The translations under genes and the position numbers were made by a program. 64,000 bases of DNA from Actinomycetales bacterium (GTDB taxonomy: Bacteria; Actinomycetota; Actinomycetes; Streptosporangiales; Streptosporangiaceae). The notes under the pieces were generated by a model that saw only the letters and a program-made list of their open reading frames with translations, ran no database searches and was not told the origin of the DNA. Positions 34,686 to 44,436 of the stretch are shown here, in pieces (the first letter of the stretch is position 1; each line of letters starts with the position of its first letter). Location: contig JBIQJI010000008.1 of assembly GCA_044507605.1 (NCBI GenBank), positions 26,395-90,394 of the forward strand, written 5' to 3'.

Positions 34686-34718
34686 ACGTTCTGTACATAA
34701 TCGCTAGAACGTACAGAA
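34686..34718. promoter_or_regulatory. Interleaved inverted repeats overlapping a -10-like CATAAT upstream of the antitoxin gene
   Basis: ACGTTCT (34686-92) pairs with AGAACGT (34706-12). TTCTGTAC (34689-96) pairs with GTACAGAA (34711-18). CATAAT lies at 34696-34701, 33 nt before ATG 34734. Confidence 0.45.
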
Positions 34719-34733
34719 TGCTAGCATGGTCGC

Positions 34734-35033
34734 ATGACACGTGAGATCCCGGTGACGCAGGCACGCGCCGAGCTGGCCGAACTGGTCAACCGCGTGGCCT
34801 ACAGCGGGGAGCGGGTCGTGCTCACCCGCCATGGCCGGCCGCTCGCCGCGCTCGTGTCCTCCGACGACCTCGAACTGCTGGAGGCGCTGGCCGAGCAGCG
34901 CATCGCCGTGACCTCCATCGGCCCCGGCGAGCAGGGCGGCCCGCCCGCCCGCGACGACGCCCCGCTGCGCATCGTCGCCGAGCACCGCCCGAGCGGCTTC
35001 GAGCGCCCCGGCGGCTTCGGCATCGGCACCTGA
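34734..35033 (+). CDS. Type II toxin-antitoxin system Phd/YefM family antitoxin (no cognate toxin adjacent)
   Basis: MTREIPVTQARAELAELVNRVAYSGERVVLTRHGRPLAALVSSDDLELLE is the canonical Phd/YefM N-terminal domain. Confidence 0.8.
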   Translation: MTREIPVTQARAELAELVNRVAYSGERVVLTRHGRPLAALVSSDDLELLEALAEQRIAVTSIGPGEQGGPPARDDAPLRIVAEHRPSGFERPGGFGIGT

Positions 35034-35228
35034 CTCCGCCGCCCCGCGGCCGCTCTGCCCACCACGCCGGGTCCGCGCTCGCGGGCACGGGTGTGCGCTC
35101 CACCTCGGCCGACGCCATGACGCCGCCGGTCAGCCTGCGTCGCCGGGCCGTCGGAGTCCGCGCCGGGGCGACCGATAGCGTGGCGCTGATCCGATCCGCC
35201 TGTCGACCGCCTGTGGAAAGGGAACGCG

Positions 35229-36203
35229 ATGGAGTACGTACGGCTGGGTTCGACCGGCCTGAAGGTGTCCCGGATCTGCCTCGGCATGATGAGCTTCGGC
35301 GACCCGGCGCGGGGCGCCGCCTGGGTGCTCGACGAGGAGCGCAGCGAGCCCATCGTGCGCAAGGCGGCCGAGGCCGGGATCAACTTCTACGACACCGCCG
35401 ATGTGTACACCACGGGCGGCAGCGAAGAGGTGACCGGCCGGCTGCTCCGGAAGATCTTCCCGCGCCGGGAGGACTACGTGCTCGCCACCAAGGTGCGGCT
35501 CCCGATGGGCGGCGGCCCCAACGACGCGGGGCTGTCGCGCAAGCACATCATGGACGGCATCGACGCCTCGCTGCGCCGCCTCGGCACCGACTACGTCGAC
35601 CTCTACCAGATCCACCGCTGGGACGACGAGACGCCGATCGAGGAGACGATGCGGGCGCTGCACGACGTGGTCCGGGCCGGCAAGGCCCGCTACATCGGCG
35701 CCTCCACCATGTACGCCTGGCAGTTCGCCAAGGCGCAGCACGTGGCCGAGCTGAACGGCTGGACCACGTTCGTCTCCATGCAGAACCACTACAACCTGGT
35801 CTACCGCGAGGAGGAGCGCGAGATGATCCCGCTCTGCCTCGACCAGGGTGTGGGCATCATCCCGTGGAGCCCGCTCGCGCGCGGCATCCTCGCCCGCGCC
35901 GGCGCGCCCGAGGCGACCACCCGCTCCGGCTCCGACCCGCGCATCGAGGTCCTGTACGGCAGCGCCGGCGAGATCCGGCCGATCCTCGACAGGCTCGCCG
36001 CGACGGCCCGCGACCGCGGCGTGCCCCCGGCCCAGGTGGCGCTCGCCTGGCTGCTGCGCCAGCGGGGCGTCACCGCGCCCATCGTCGGCGCGACCAAGGA
36101 CCGCCACATCGAGGACGCCATCGCCGCCATCACCCTGGACCTCGGCGACGACGAGCTCGCCTACCTCGCCGAGCCCTACCGGCCCCGCCCGGTGATCCAC
36201 TAG
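35229..36203 (+). CDS. Aldo/keto reductase
   Basis: [49 protein letters not shown] and WSPLARGIL. Confidence 0.9.
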   Translation: MEYVRLGSTGLKVSRICLGMMSFGDPARGAAWVLDEERSEPIVRKAAEAGINFYDTADVYTTGGSEEVTGRLLRKIFPRREDYVLATKVRLPMGGGPNDAGLSRKHIMDGIDASLRRLGTDYVDLYQIHRWDDETPIEETMRALHDVVRAGKARYIGASTMYAWQFAKAQHVAELNGWTTFVSMQNHYNLVYREEEREMIPLCLDQGVGIIPWSPLARGILARAGAPEATTRSGSDPRIEVLYGSAGEIRPILDRLAATARDRGVPPAQVALAWLLRQRGVTAPIVGATKDRHIEDAIAAITLDLGDDELAYLAEPYRPRPVIH

Positions 36204-36318
36204 ACCCGCCGAGCCGTGCCGTCCGTACGGGCCCGGCCCGGTCCGCCGTTTCCCCGGCCCGGCACCGGCGTGACCGTCGGGGCGGGCATCGGGCCGGGCG
36301 CCGAGCTGGGATGATCGG

Positions 36319-37866
36319 GTGATGTTCGATCCCCCCGCCGATCCCCCCGCCGATCCCGCCCCAGCCCCAGACTCGGCCGATGGGCCCTCGCGCCGCGGGC
36401 TGCTGCGCTACGCCCTGGCCGCCGGTGCGGCCGCCGGGGTCGCGGGGCTGCCGGCGGCCTCGGCGGCGCGCGGCGACGCGCCGCGCCTCCCGCTGACGCG
36501 GCCCCGGGTGGCCACGCTCGGCGACTCGATCATCCAGTTCGCGGAGTACGCCGCGCCGGGGCCGCCGGCGCGGCTCGCGCGGCGGGCTCGGGGCGCGATG
36601 ACGTGGGTCAAGACGCTGTTCCCGGCGTTCGACGACGACACCTGGCACGACCCGGGCGACGCCCGGCACCACCGGTACCTGCGCGGCTCCAACAACGGCG
36701 TGGCCGGCGACCACACCACCTATCTCGGCCCCGACAACCCGGGCACGCTGCGCCGCTGGGCCGAGGAGGTGGCGCCCACGCGGCCCGATGTGGTGCTGCT
36801 GTCGGTCGGCACCAACGACATCAACTCCTTCCGCCCGGCCGGCGAGCTGGAGGCCGACCTGGCCACGCACATCGACCATATCGCCCGCGACGGCCGGGCG
36901 CTCGTGCTGACCACGATCCGGCCCCGCGCGGGCACCGGCGAGTTCGGGTGGCGCGCCCCCGATCCGCGCGGCGACCGCCGCTACGCGGTGCGCGAGTCGG
37001 TGAACGACTGGATCCGGTCACGGGCCGCCCCCGGCCTGCAGATCGCCGACGTCAACGAGCACCTGGAGGACCCGGCGGCGCGGGGCGGCGCCGGCGGCGA
37101 CTGGCTGCCCGATCTGCTGCCGCCCGACGGCGTCCACCCGGGCCCGCGCGCGGCGTGGGCGGAGGCGCAGACCCTGCTGCCGATCATGCGCTGGCTGATC
37201 GCCGACGGCAACGTGTACGGCGCCGACCACGAACGCCCCGGCAACCTGCTGCCGAACGGCGGCTTCGCCGGCCGCTCCGGCGAGGTGGGCCCGGGGGTGC
37301 GGGGACACGTCGCCACCGGCTGGTCGATCGTCCGCACGTCGGGCGACGCCCGGCTCACCGCCTACCCGACGGTCGAGCACGGCGCCGGCACGCAGGTGCT
37401 GGAGATCACCCCCGGGCGGCGCGACACCACGTTCGTGCTGCGCACCGCGCCCGAGCGGCTGCCGCTGCGCGGCGTGGGCGAGCGGGCGTGGCTGCGGTTC
37501 CACCTGTGCCAGGAGGTCTCCGCGTACGCCGGCTGGCAGGCGTACGGGCCGCGGCTGTTCCTGTCGCGGCGGCGCGGCCGGGGCTGGACGATGAAGGCGG
37601 GGGCGCTGGAGACCGGGCCCGGCGAGCTGCTGCCGGCGGCGGCGTGGCGGGGCTGGCCGGCGACCCACCCGGTGCGCCGCGCGCCGGGCGACGACCTGGC
37701 CTGGTGCTCGGTGCTGATCAAGGTGGCGGGCGGGGTGCCGGGGCTGCCCGTGCTGAGGTTCTCGCGCGCGCAGCTGCGCCAGGTGCCCGATCCCCGCCTC
37801 GCCTGGCACGCGGCCCCGCGTCGCCGCCGCGGGTCCGGGCCGGGCACCGGGCCGCGCGGATCCTGA
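36319..37866 (+). CDS. Secreted SGNH/GDSL hydrolase family protein with C-terminal beta-sandwich-like domain
   Basis: Tat-like signal SRRGLLRYALAAGAAAGVAG. Block I ATLGDSII, block III LLSVGTNDI and block V PDGVHP. Start is GTG 36319 or ATG 36322. Confidence 0.75.
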   Translation: MMFDPPADPPADPAPAPDSADGPSRRGLLRYALAAGAAAGVAGLPAASAARGDAPRLPLTRPRVATLGDSIIQFAEYAAPGPPARLARRARGAMTWVKTLFPAFDDDTWHDPGDARHHRYLRGSNNGVAGDHTTYLGPDNPGTLRRWAEEVAPTRPDVVLLSVGTNDINSFRPAGELEADLATHIDHIARDGRALVLTTIRPRAGTGEFGWRAPDPRGDRRYAVRESVNDWIRSRAAPGLQIADVNEHLEDPAARGGAGGDWLPDLLPPDGVHPGPRAAWAEAQTLLPIMRWLIADGNVYGADHERPGNLLPNGGFAGRSGEVGPGVRGHVATGWSIVRTSGDARLTAYPTVEHGAGTQVLEITPGRRDTTFVLRTAPERLPLRGVGERAWLRFHLCQEVSAYAGWQAYGPRLFLSRRRGRGWTMKAGALETGPGELLPAAAWRGWPATHPVRRAPGDDLAWCSVLIKVAGGVPGLPVLRFSRAQLRQVPDPRLAWHAAPRRRRGSGPGTGPRGS

Positions 37867-38127
37867 CGCCGGCGCGGGCTGGCCGCTTTGGGACACGCGA
37901 ACGGGACAGATCACCAGGTTACGGCCGGATCGGCGTGCCGGGCGGGCGAGCGGGGCGCCGCCGCGACGATGTTCGCCCTTGATTGCCGCCGGGTTCGGGT
38001 TAGGTTGGCGCTAGGTTACCGAGGGGCATGCGACGATCGCCGGGCGGAGACGGAGCCGTCTTCCGCCCGTCCGGCACGCTCGCGCGCGCCCGAGACATCG
38101 GCAGCGACATCGGTGGAGGTCACACAC

Positions 38128-38424
38128 ATGGACGAAGACCTGACCAGCGTCCCGTGGCGCAAGGCCAGGCGCAGCGGCGACGGTGCCAACTGCATCGAGG
38201 TCAGCATCGTCGACCGCGCGGAAGCCGCGAAGGACCCCAACTCCCCGGAGGCCATCGCCCTCGCCGACGGAGCGGCCCACAAGGCCGACTACGACCGCCT
38301 GTACGTCGTGCGCGACTCCAAGGACCCCGATGGCCCGCGGCTTTACTTCACCCCCGCCGAATGGGAGGCGTTCCGCCTCGGCGTGCTCGACGGCGAGTTC
38401 GACGACCTCGCCGAGGCGGAGTAG
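38128..38424 (+). CDS. DUF397 domain-containing protein
   Basis: WRKARRSGDGANCIEV and VVRDSKDPDGPRLYFTPAEWEAFRLGV. ATG 38128 is preceded by GGAGG. Confidence 0.8.
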   Translation: MDEDLTSVPWRKARRSGDGANCIEVSIVDRAEAAKDPNSPEAIALADGAAHKADYDRLYVVRDSKDPDGPRLYFTPAEWEAFRLGVLDGEFDDLAEAE

Positions 38425-38467
38425 GCGGCCACCGCGGTCGCGGTGCGGCGATGCGGCGGGCGGCGCG

Positions 38468-40615
38468 CTACCGATGCCCGGCCGCATCGGCCGGCCGGCC
38501 CGGTGCCCCACCGGGCGGCGGGGTGGGCACGGCCTGGCGCGCGGCGGGCTGCAGGTGCGGCGGCAGCGCCTGCTCGGCCCAGATGGTCTTGCCGTGGGCG
38601 GTCTGCCGGGTGCCCCAGCGTTCGGCGAGCTGGGCCACCAGCAGCAGGCCCCGCCCGCCCTCGTCGTAGGCGTGGGCCCGGCGCAGGTGCGGCGCGGTGC
38701 TGCCGGTGTCGGAGACCTCGCAGATGAGCACGCGGTCGTAGATCAGCCGTAGCTCGACGGGCCCGTCGGTGTAGCGGATCGCATTGGTGACCAGCTCGCT
38801 CACCAGCAGCTCCGTGATGCCGGCGACCTCGCCGAGGCCCCATTCGCCCAGCCGCGTCAGCGTCTGGCGCCGGGCCTGCGCGACCATGGCCGGGTCGCCC
38901 GGCACGTGCCAGGTGGCGACGCGGCTGTGGTCGAAGGCGTGAGTGCGGGCGATCAGCAGCGCCACGTCGTCGGTGGGCCGTTCGGGCAGCAGCGCCCGCA
39001 GCAGCCGGTCGCAGACGGTCTCCAGCGAATCGGCCGGCTCCGAGAGACTGCGGCGCAGCCGCTCCAGGCCGACATCGATGTCGTGCCAGCGCGACTCGAT
39101 CAGGCCGTCGGTGTAGAGCACGAGGACGCTGCCCTCGGTCAGGTCGAACTGCGCCGACTCGAACGGCAGCCCGCCGAGCCCGAGCGGCGGGCCGGCCGGC
39201 AGGTCGAGGAAGTCGGCCTTGCCGTCAGGGGTGACGATGGCGGGCAGCGGATGCCCGGCGCGGGCGATGGAGCAGGTGCGCGAGATGGGGTCGTAGACCG
39301 CGTACATGCAGGTGGCGCCGATGTCGCCCGAGCCGTCGCCATCGTCGTCGGCCTCGGCCGACAGCCGGGTCACCAGGTCGTCGAGGCGGGTGAGCAGCTC
39401 GTCGGGCGGCAGGTCGAGGTCGGCCAGGGTGCGCACGGCGGTGCGCAGCCGGCCCATCGTCGCCGAGGCGCGCAGGCCGTGCCCCACCACGTCGCCGACC
39501 ACCAAGGCGACCCGGGCGCCGCTGATCGGGATGACGTCGAACCAGTCGCCGCCGGCGCCGTAGTGGCTCTCGGCCGGCAGGTAGCGGCTGGCGAACGTCA
39601 TGGCGACGTGCTCGGGCAGCCGCTGCGGCAGCAGGCTGCGCTGCAGGGCGAGCGCGGTGACCCGCTCGCGGGTGTAGCGGCGGGCGTTGTCGACGCACAG
39701 CGCCGCCCGCGCGGTGAGCTCTTCGGCGAGCAGCACGTCGTCCTGCTCGAACGGCTCGGGGCGGGCCCAGCGGAACAGGACCACCACGCCGAGGGTGATG
39801 CCGCGGGCGATCATCGGCACCGAGATGACGGAGTGGAAGCCGAACTCGAGGAACGTGGCCGCCCGCCTGGGGTCTTCGTCGCTCCAGCCCAGGAACCCCG
39901 GGTCGTCGCGGTTGAGGAGCAGGGGCCGGCCGACGGACAGGCAGCGGGTGGTGGGCGTGTGCTCGGCGTAGACGCCCGTCTCGCCGATGCCGATGACGGC
40001 CTCCGGCACCCCGGCGGCCACCGAGCCCTGGGCGACGCGGCGCATCGCCACCGGGCCGATGATGGGGCCCTCCTCCGGCTCCTCGCCGTTGAGCAGCGGC
40101 TCCAGCAGGTCGACGGTGGCGAAGTCGGCGAAGGCCGGCACCACCATGTCGACCAGCTCGCGCACGGTGCGCCCGATGTCGAGGGTGGTGCCGACCTGGG
40201 TGCCGGCCTCCTTCAGCATCGACAGCCGCTGCCGCGCGCGCATCTGTTCGGTGATGTCGAGCACCCCGATGGCCACCGCGTGGGTGTGGCCGTCATCGTC
40301 CTTCAGGGGCGACAGGTGCAGCGACCAGGCCCGCTCCCCGGGCACGTGCGGCACCTGACGGTACGTCTGCAGGTGCTCGGGCTCGCCGGTGTCGAGGACA
40401 CGGCGCATGTGCCGCTCAAGGGAGCGGAACCGCGGCCCCAGCGTCTCGGTCAGGCGCCGCCCGCGCAACTGGTCCTCGGTCACTCCGAACATCGCGCACA
40501 GGCGGTCGTTGACGGCGAGGCAGCGCAGCTCCTCGTCGTGTATCGCGAGCGCGAAGGGCAAGGACCTGAAGCCCCACTCCAGCAGCGGCCTGTCCGCCCG
40601 TCGGTCGATGCTCAT
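38468..40615 (-). CDS. PAS-GAF-PP2C (SpoIIE) phosphatase fused to an RsbW-like HATPase_c anti-sigma kinase domain
   Basis: - PAS: ALAIHDEELRCLAVNDRLCAMFG.
- GAF segment.
- PP2C: GGDWFDVIP...VVGDVVGHG...LVLYTDGLIE.
- C-terminal ELLVSELVTNAIRYT...DEGGRGLLLV. Confidence 0.85.
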   Translation of the reverse strand: MSIDRRADRPLLEWGFRSLPFALAIHDEELRCLAVNDRLCAMFGVTEDQLRGRRLTETLGPRFRSLERHMRRVLDTGEPEHLQTYRQVPHVPGERAWSLHLSPLKDDDGHTHAVAIGVLDITEQMRARQRLSMLKEAGTQVGTTLDIGRTVRELVDMVVPAFADFATVDLLEPLLNGEEPEEGPIIGPVAMRRVAQGSVAAGVPEAVIGIGETGVYAEHTPTTRCLSVGRPLLLNRDDPGFLGWSDEDPRRAATFLEFGFHSVISVPMIARGITLGVVVLFRWARPEPFEQDDVLLAEELTARAALCVDNARRYTRERVTALALQRSLLPQRLPEHVAMTFASRYLPAESHYGAGGDWFDVIPISGARVALVVGDVVGHGLRASATMGRLRTAVRTLADLDLPPDELLTRLDDLVTRLSAEADDDGDGSGDIGATCMYAVYDPISRTCSIARAGHPLPAIVTPDGKADFLDLPAGPPLGLGGLPFESAQFDLTEGSVLVLYTDGLIESRWHDIDVGLERLRRSLSEPADSLETVCDRLLRALLPERPTDDVALLIARTHAFDHSRVATWHVPGDPAMVAQARRQTLTRLGEWGLGEVAGITELLVSELVTNAIRYTDGPVELRLIYDRVLICEVSDTGSTAPHLRRAHAYDEGGRGLLLVAQLAERWGTRQTAHGKTIWAEQALPPHLQPAARQAVPTPPPGGAPGRPADAAGHR

Positions 40616-40767
40616 GTCACCCCGGCAGGGCTCCCCTTCCCATCGGCTCATCCACCGGCTCATCCCGCATCATCGCAGGTCAGACCACATTAACTCGCCC
40701 TAAGCCATCTGCCCACAGCGGGAAGGCAAAACCCCGGTCGTTACCCCCGGCTCGTTACCCTGGGCTC

Positions 40768-42465
40768 ATGGCTCGTGCCAATGACTCGGTCGCGGCCGCG
40801 CTGGAGGAGTACGCCGACCTGTTCGCGCTCAGCGGCGGCGACGCGTTCCGGGTGCGCAGCTACCAGAAGGCCGCCAAGGCGATCTCCGGGTTTCCCGACG
40901 ACATCTCGGGCATCGACGTGCGCGCGGTGCCGGGCGTCGGCGAGGCCATCGCGAAGAAGGTCGAGGAGTTCCTGGAGCGGGGCAGCTTCCGGCAGCTCGA
41001 CGACCTGCGGGCGAGGGTGCCCGAAGGGGTGCGGCAGCTCACCCGCATCTCCAGCCTGGGCCCCAAGAAGGCCTACTTCCTGTTCCAGGAGCTCGGCATC
41101 GACTCGCCGGCCGCGCTCGCCGAGGCCATCAGGGCCGGGCGCCTCGCCGGGCTGCGCGGGTTCGGCCCGAAGACCGAGGAGAACCTGCTCAAGGGCATCG
41201 AGCAGCTGCAGCGGTCGGGCGCCCGGGTGCATCTGGGGGTCGCCACGGCTCTCGCCGAGACCGTGCTCGCCTCGCTCGCCCCGCTCGCCGGCAGGGTGGC
41301 GTACGCCGGGTCGCTGCGCCGCGCCAAGGACACCATCGGCGACATCGACGTCCTGGCCACCGCGGCCGATCCGGCGAAGCTGATGGCGGAGTTCCGGCGG
41401 CAGCCGTACGTGCTGGAGGTCATCGCGAGCGGCGAGCGCAAGACGTCGGTGCTGGCCGCGCCGGGCGTCCAGGTCGACCTGCGGGTGGTGCCGCCGGAGT
41501 CGTGGGGCGCGGCGATGCAGTACTTCACGGGGTCCAAGGAGCACAATGTGCGGCTCCGGGAGATCTGCGTGAAGCGGGGCTGGAAGCTGTCGGAGTACGG
41601 CCTGTTCGAGGGCGACCGGGTGATCGCGGCGGAGACCGAGGAGGAGATCTACGCCGCGCTCGGCATGGCCTGGGTGCCGCCGCCGCTGCGCGAGGCGGCC
41701 GGGGAGATCGAGGCGGCGCTGCGCGGCGAGTTGCCCGATCTGGTGACTCTCGCCGACGTCAAGGGCGATTTGCACACCCACACGAACCTCACCGACGGGG
41801 TCGCCGACCTGGAGGCGATGGTGGCCGAGGCGGTCCGGCGCGGCTACGCCTACTACGCCGTGACCGATCACGCGCCGAACCTGTTCATGCAGCGGATGAC
41901 CCTGGAGAAGGCGCTCGCGCAGCGGGAGCGGCTCGCCCGGCTGCAGGAGCGCCATCCGGGCATCCGGCTGCTGCACGGCACCGAGCTGAACATCGCGCCC
42001 GACGGCACGGTCGACTGGGACCGGGACGGGCTGGCCGGCTTCGACGTGTGCGTGGCGTCGGTGCACTCGCACTTCGCCCAGTCGCGCGCCGAGATGACCC
42101 GCAGGTTCATCGCGGCCTGCGAGAACCCCGGCGTGCACATCATCGGCCATCCCACGACCCGCAAGATCGGCAAGCGCCCGCAGGTGGACGCCGACTGGGA
42201 CGAGATCTTCCGCGTGGCCGCCCGCACCGGCACCGCGCTGGAGATCGACGCCTACCCCGACCGGGCCGACCTGCCGTCCGACCTGGTGCGCCGCGCCCGC
42301 CACCACGGCGTGAAGTTCGCCATCGACAGCGACTCGCACGCGGTGCCGCATCTGGGCAACCTGCGGTTCGGGGTGGGCCTCGCGCAGCGGGGGTGGCTCA
42401 CCACCGACGACGTGATCACGACCTGGCCGCTGGACCGGCTGCTGGCGTTCCTCGGGCGGGCCTAG
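40768..42465 (+). CDS. polX: DNA polymerase/3'-5' exonuclease PolX (Pol beta-like + PHP domain)
   Basis: HhH GVGEAIAKKVEEFL. Nucleotidyltransferase GSLRRAKDTIGDIDVL. PHP DLHTHTNLTDG...VTDH...HPT...IDSDSH. Confidence 0.9.
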   Translation: MARANDSVAAALEEYADLFALSGGDAFRVRSYQKAAKAISGFPDDISGIDVRAVPGVGEAIAKKVEEFLERGSFRQLDDLRARVPEGVRQLTRISSLGPKKAYFLFQELGIDSPAALAEAIRAGRLAGLRGFGPKTEENLLKGIEQLQRSGARVHLGVATALAETVLASLAPLAGRVAYAGSLRRAKDTIGDIDVLATAADPAKLMAEFRRQPYVLEVIASGERKTSVLAAPGVQVDLRVVPPESWGAAMQYFTGSKEHNVRLREICVKRGWKLSEYGLFEGDRVIAAETEEEIYAALGMAWVPPPLREAAGEIEAALRGELPDLVTLADVKGDLHTHTNLTDGVADLEAMVAEAVRRGYAYYAVTDHAPNLFMQRMTLEKALAQRERLARLQERHPGIRLLHGTELNIAPDGTVDWDRDGLAGFDVCVASVHSHFAQSRAEMTRRFIAACENPGVHIIGHPTTRKIGKRPQVDADWDEIFRVAARTGTALEIDAYPDRADLPSDLVRRARHHGVKFAIDSDSHAVPHLGNLRFGVGLAQRGWLTTDDVITTWPLDRLLAFLGRA

Positions 42466-42618
42466 TCACGAACGCCCGGGACATATCCTGAGAATTCGGT
42501 CGGGGACGGTTCTGACCAGCGAATATAGGGGAGACACCACGGCGAAACCTCCTGGCAACGGGAGACAGCGAAGATTGCCCTAGTTCGCGTGCCCGGCACG
42601 CCGTACGGAGGCTTCACG

Positions 42619-44223
42619 ATGCGTCAGCTCAGCGCGCTCGACACGCAGTTCCTGCGGGTCGAGACCACCACGACGGCCGCCCATCTCGCCGGGGTCGCGA
42701 TCCTCGACCCGGCGCCCGGCGGAGCCGTCACACGCGACTGCCTGCTGGCGCTGCTGCGGGACCGGCTGCACCTCGCGCCGCCGCTGCGCATGCGGCTCGC
42801 CGACGTGCCGTTCGGCCTCGACCATCCGTACTGGATCGAGGACCCCGACCTCGATCTGGAGCGGCACGTGCACGAGGTGACCCTGCCCGCGCCGGGCGGC
42901 GAACGGCAGCTCACCGAGACGGTCGCCCGGCTGCACGGCCGCAGGCTGGACCGCCGCCGGCCGCTGTGGGAGATGCACCTGATCCACGGCCTGTCCGGGG
43001 GACGCAGCGCCCTCTACACCAAGGTCCACCACTGCGCCGTCGACGGCGTGTCGGGCGCCGAGATCCTCGCCGCGCTGCTCGACCTCAGCCCCGACACGGG
43101 GCCCCGGACGAGCGCGCAGGCCGGCGGGCCCGCCGATGACCCCGCCCGGGAGCCGTCCGGCGGGACACGGGCCGGGGCCGCCCGCGCGCCCGACCCGCTG
43201 CGCATGCTCGCCGGTGCCGTCACCCGGTCGGTCACCCATCCGGCGCGGGCCGCCAGGTCGCTGGCACGGGCCGCCGGCGAGCTCGACACCATGCCCCTCA
43301 CCTCCACCCTGCCGGGCGCCCGCACCCTGGCCCGCACCGCGCGCACGCTCACCCGGTTCGTCACCGGCGACTCCGGCCAGGAGGCCCCGGCGCTGCCGCC
43401 CGCGCCCGTGCCGCGCACCTCGCTGAACGGCCGCATCAGCGCCGACCGGGTCTTCTCGTACGGCTCGCTGCCGCTCGACGACGTCAAGCGGGTCGCCAAG
43501 ACCTTCGGCATCAGCGTGAACGACGTGGTCATGACGCTGTGCTCGGCGGCGCTGCGCGCCTGGCTGCGGGAGCGCGACGCGCTGCCCGACCGGCCGCTGG
43601 TGGCGGCCGTGCCGGTGGCGGTGCGCTCGTCGACCGGCACCCGCACGGTCGGCAACCAGATCTCCGCGATGATCACGCCGCTGGCGACCCATCTCGACAG
43701 CCCCAGGGAGCGGCTGGCCACGATGGAGCGGACCATGCGGACGGCCAAGCGCCGCTTCGCCGTGGCCCCGGCGACCTGGCTGCGCGAACTGTCGGCGCTG
43801 GTGCCGAGCCCGCTCGCCGGGGTCGCCACGGCGGGGCTGTCCCGGCTGGCCGCGAGCGCGTTCCCGCCGGTCAACCTGATCATCTCGAACGTGCCCGGCC
43901 CGCAGTTCCCGCTCTACCTGTGCGGGGCCAGGGTGCGGGCGTACTACCCGCTGTCGGTGCTGACCGACATCACCGGCGGCATCAACATCACCTGCTTCTC
44001 CTACGACGCCGCGCTCGGCTTCGGCGTGGTCGCCTGCCCGCGCCGCGCCCCCGGCTCCGAGCGGCTGATCGGTCACCTGCACGACGCCATGGCCGAACTG
44101 ATCGCCCTCGCCGAGACCGACTACCCCGAGGGCGGCCCCGAGGCGGACGGCCTCGGCGACGGCCCCGGAACCGGCCCGGGCGGCTCCGCCGCGGCGGCCG
44201 GGCCCGCGACCCCGGCGTCCTAG
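42619..44223 (+). CDS. WS/DGAT family wax ester synthase / diacylglycerol acyltransferase
   Basis: Active-site motif HHCAVDGVSG. The N-terminus LSALDTQFLRVE is typical. ATG 42619 is preceded by GGAGG. Confidence 0.85.
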   Translation: MRQLSALDTQFLRVETTTTAAHLAGVAILDPAPGGAVTRDCLLALLRDRLHLAPPLRMRLADVPFGLDHPYWIEDPDLDLERHVHEVTLPAPGGERQLTETVARLHGRRLDRRRPLWEMHLIHGLSGGRSALYTKVHHCAVDGVSGAEILAALLDLSPDTGPRTSAQAGGPADDPAREPSGGTRAGAARAPDPLRMLAGAVTRSVTHPARAARSLARAAGELDTMPLTSTLPGARTLARTARTLTRFVTGDSGQEAPALPPAPVPRTSLNGRISADRVFSYGSLPLDDVKRVAKTFGISVNDVVMTLCSAALRAWLRERDALPDRPLVAAVPVAVRSSTGTRTVGNQISAMITPLATHLDSPRERLATMERTMRTAKRRFAVAPATWLRELSALVPSPLAGVATAGLSRLAASAFPPVNLIISNVPGPQFPLYLCGARVRAYYPLSVLTDITGGINITCFSYDAALGFGVVACPRRAPGSERLIGHLHDAMAELIALAETDYPEGGPEADGLGDGPGTGPGGSAAAAGPATPAS

Positions 44224-44277
44224 CCGGGCACGGAAACCGGCCGGAAGGGACGGGCACAAGAGAGGGGCACAAGAGAC

Positions 44278-44300
44278 GGGCCCCGCCGGAGGCGGGGCCC
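44278..44300. terminator. Hairpin between convergent WS/DGAT and actP genes
   Basis: GGGCCCCGCC gga GGCGGGGCCC forms a 10-bp perfect stem. Confidence 0.5.
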
Positions 44301-44436
44301 GGTCACTTGGTGCATGTGGTGGGGCCCGGCCGCAGGGGACTGCGGCTCCCCGCGGCCGGGCCGGTCCGTGGTGGACCCGGCTCAGCGCCGGATCCAGGTC
44401 TCGTGGCGGGGCCGGAGCCCGCGCCGGGACGCCGGG

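Noticed and set aside
38041-38070. Imperfect hairpin cgggcggagacgg...ccgtcttccgcccg upstream of the DUF397 gene as a riboswitch or attenuator
   Set aside because: It is a single bulged stem with no recognisable riboswitch core and no conserved context, so there is not enough evidence to report it.
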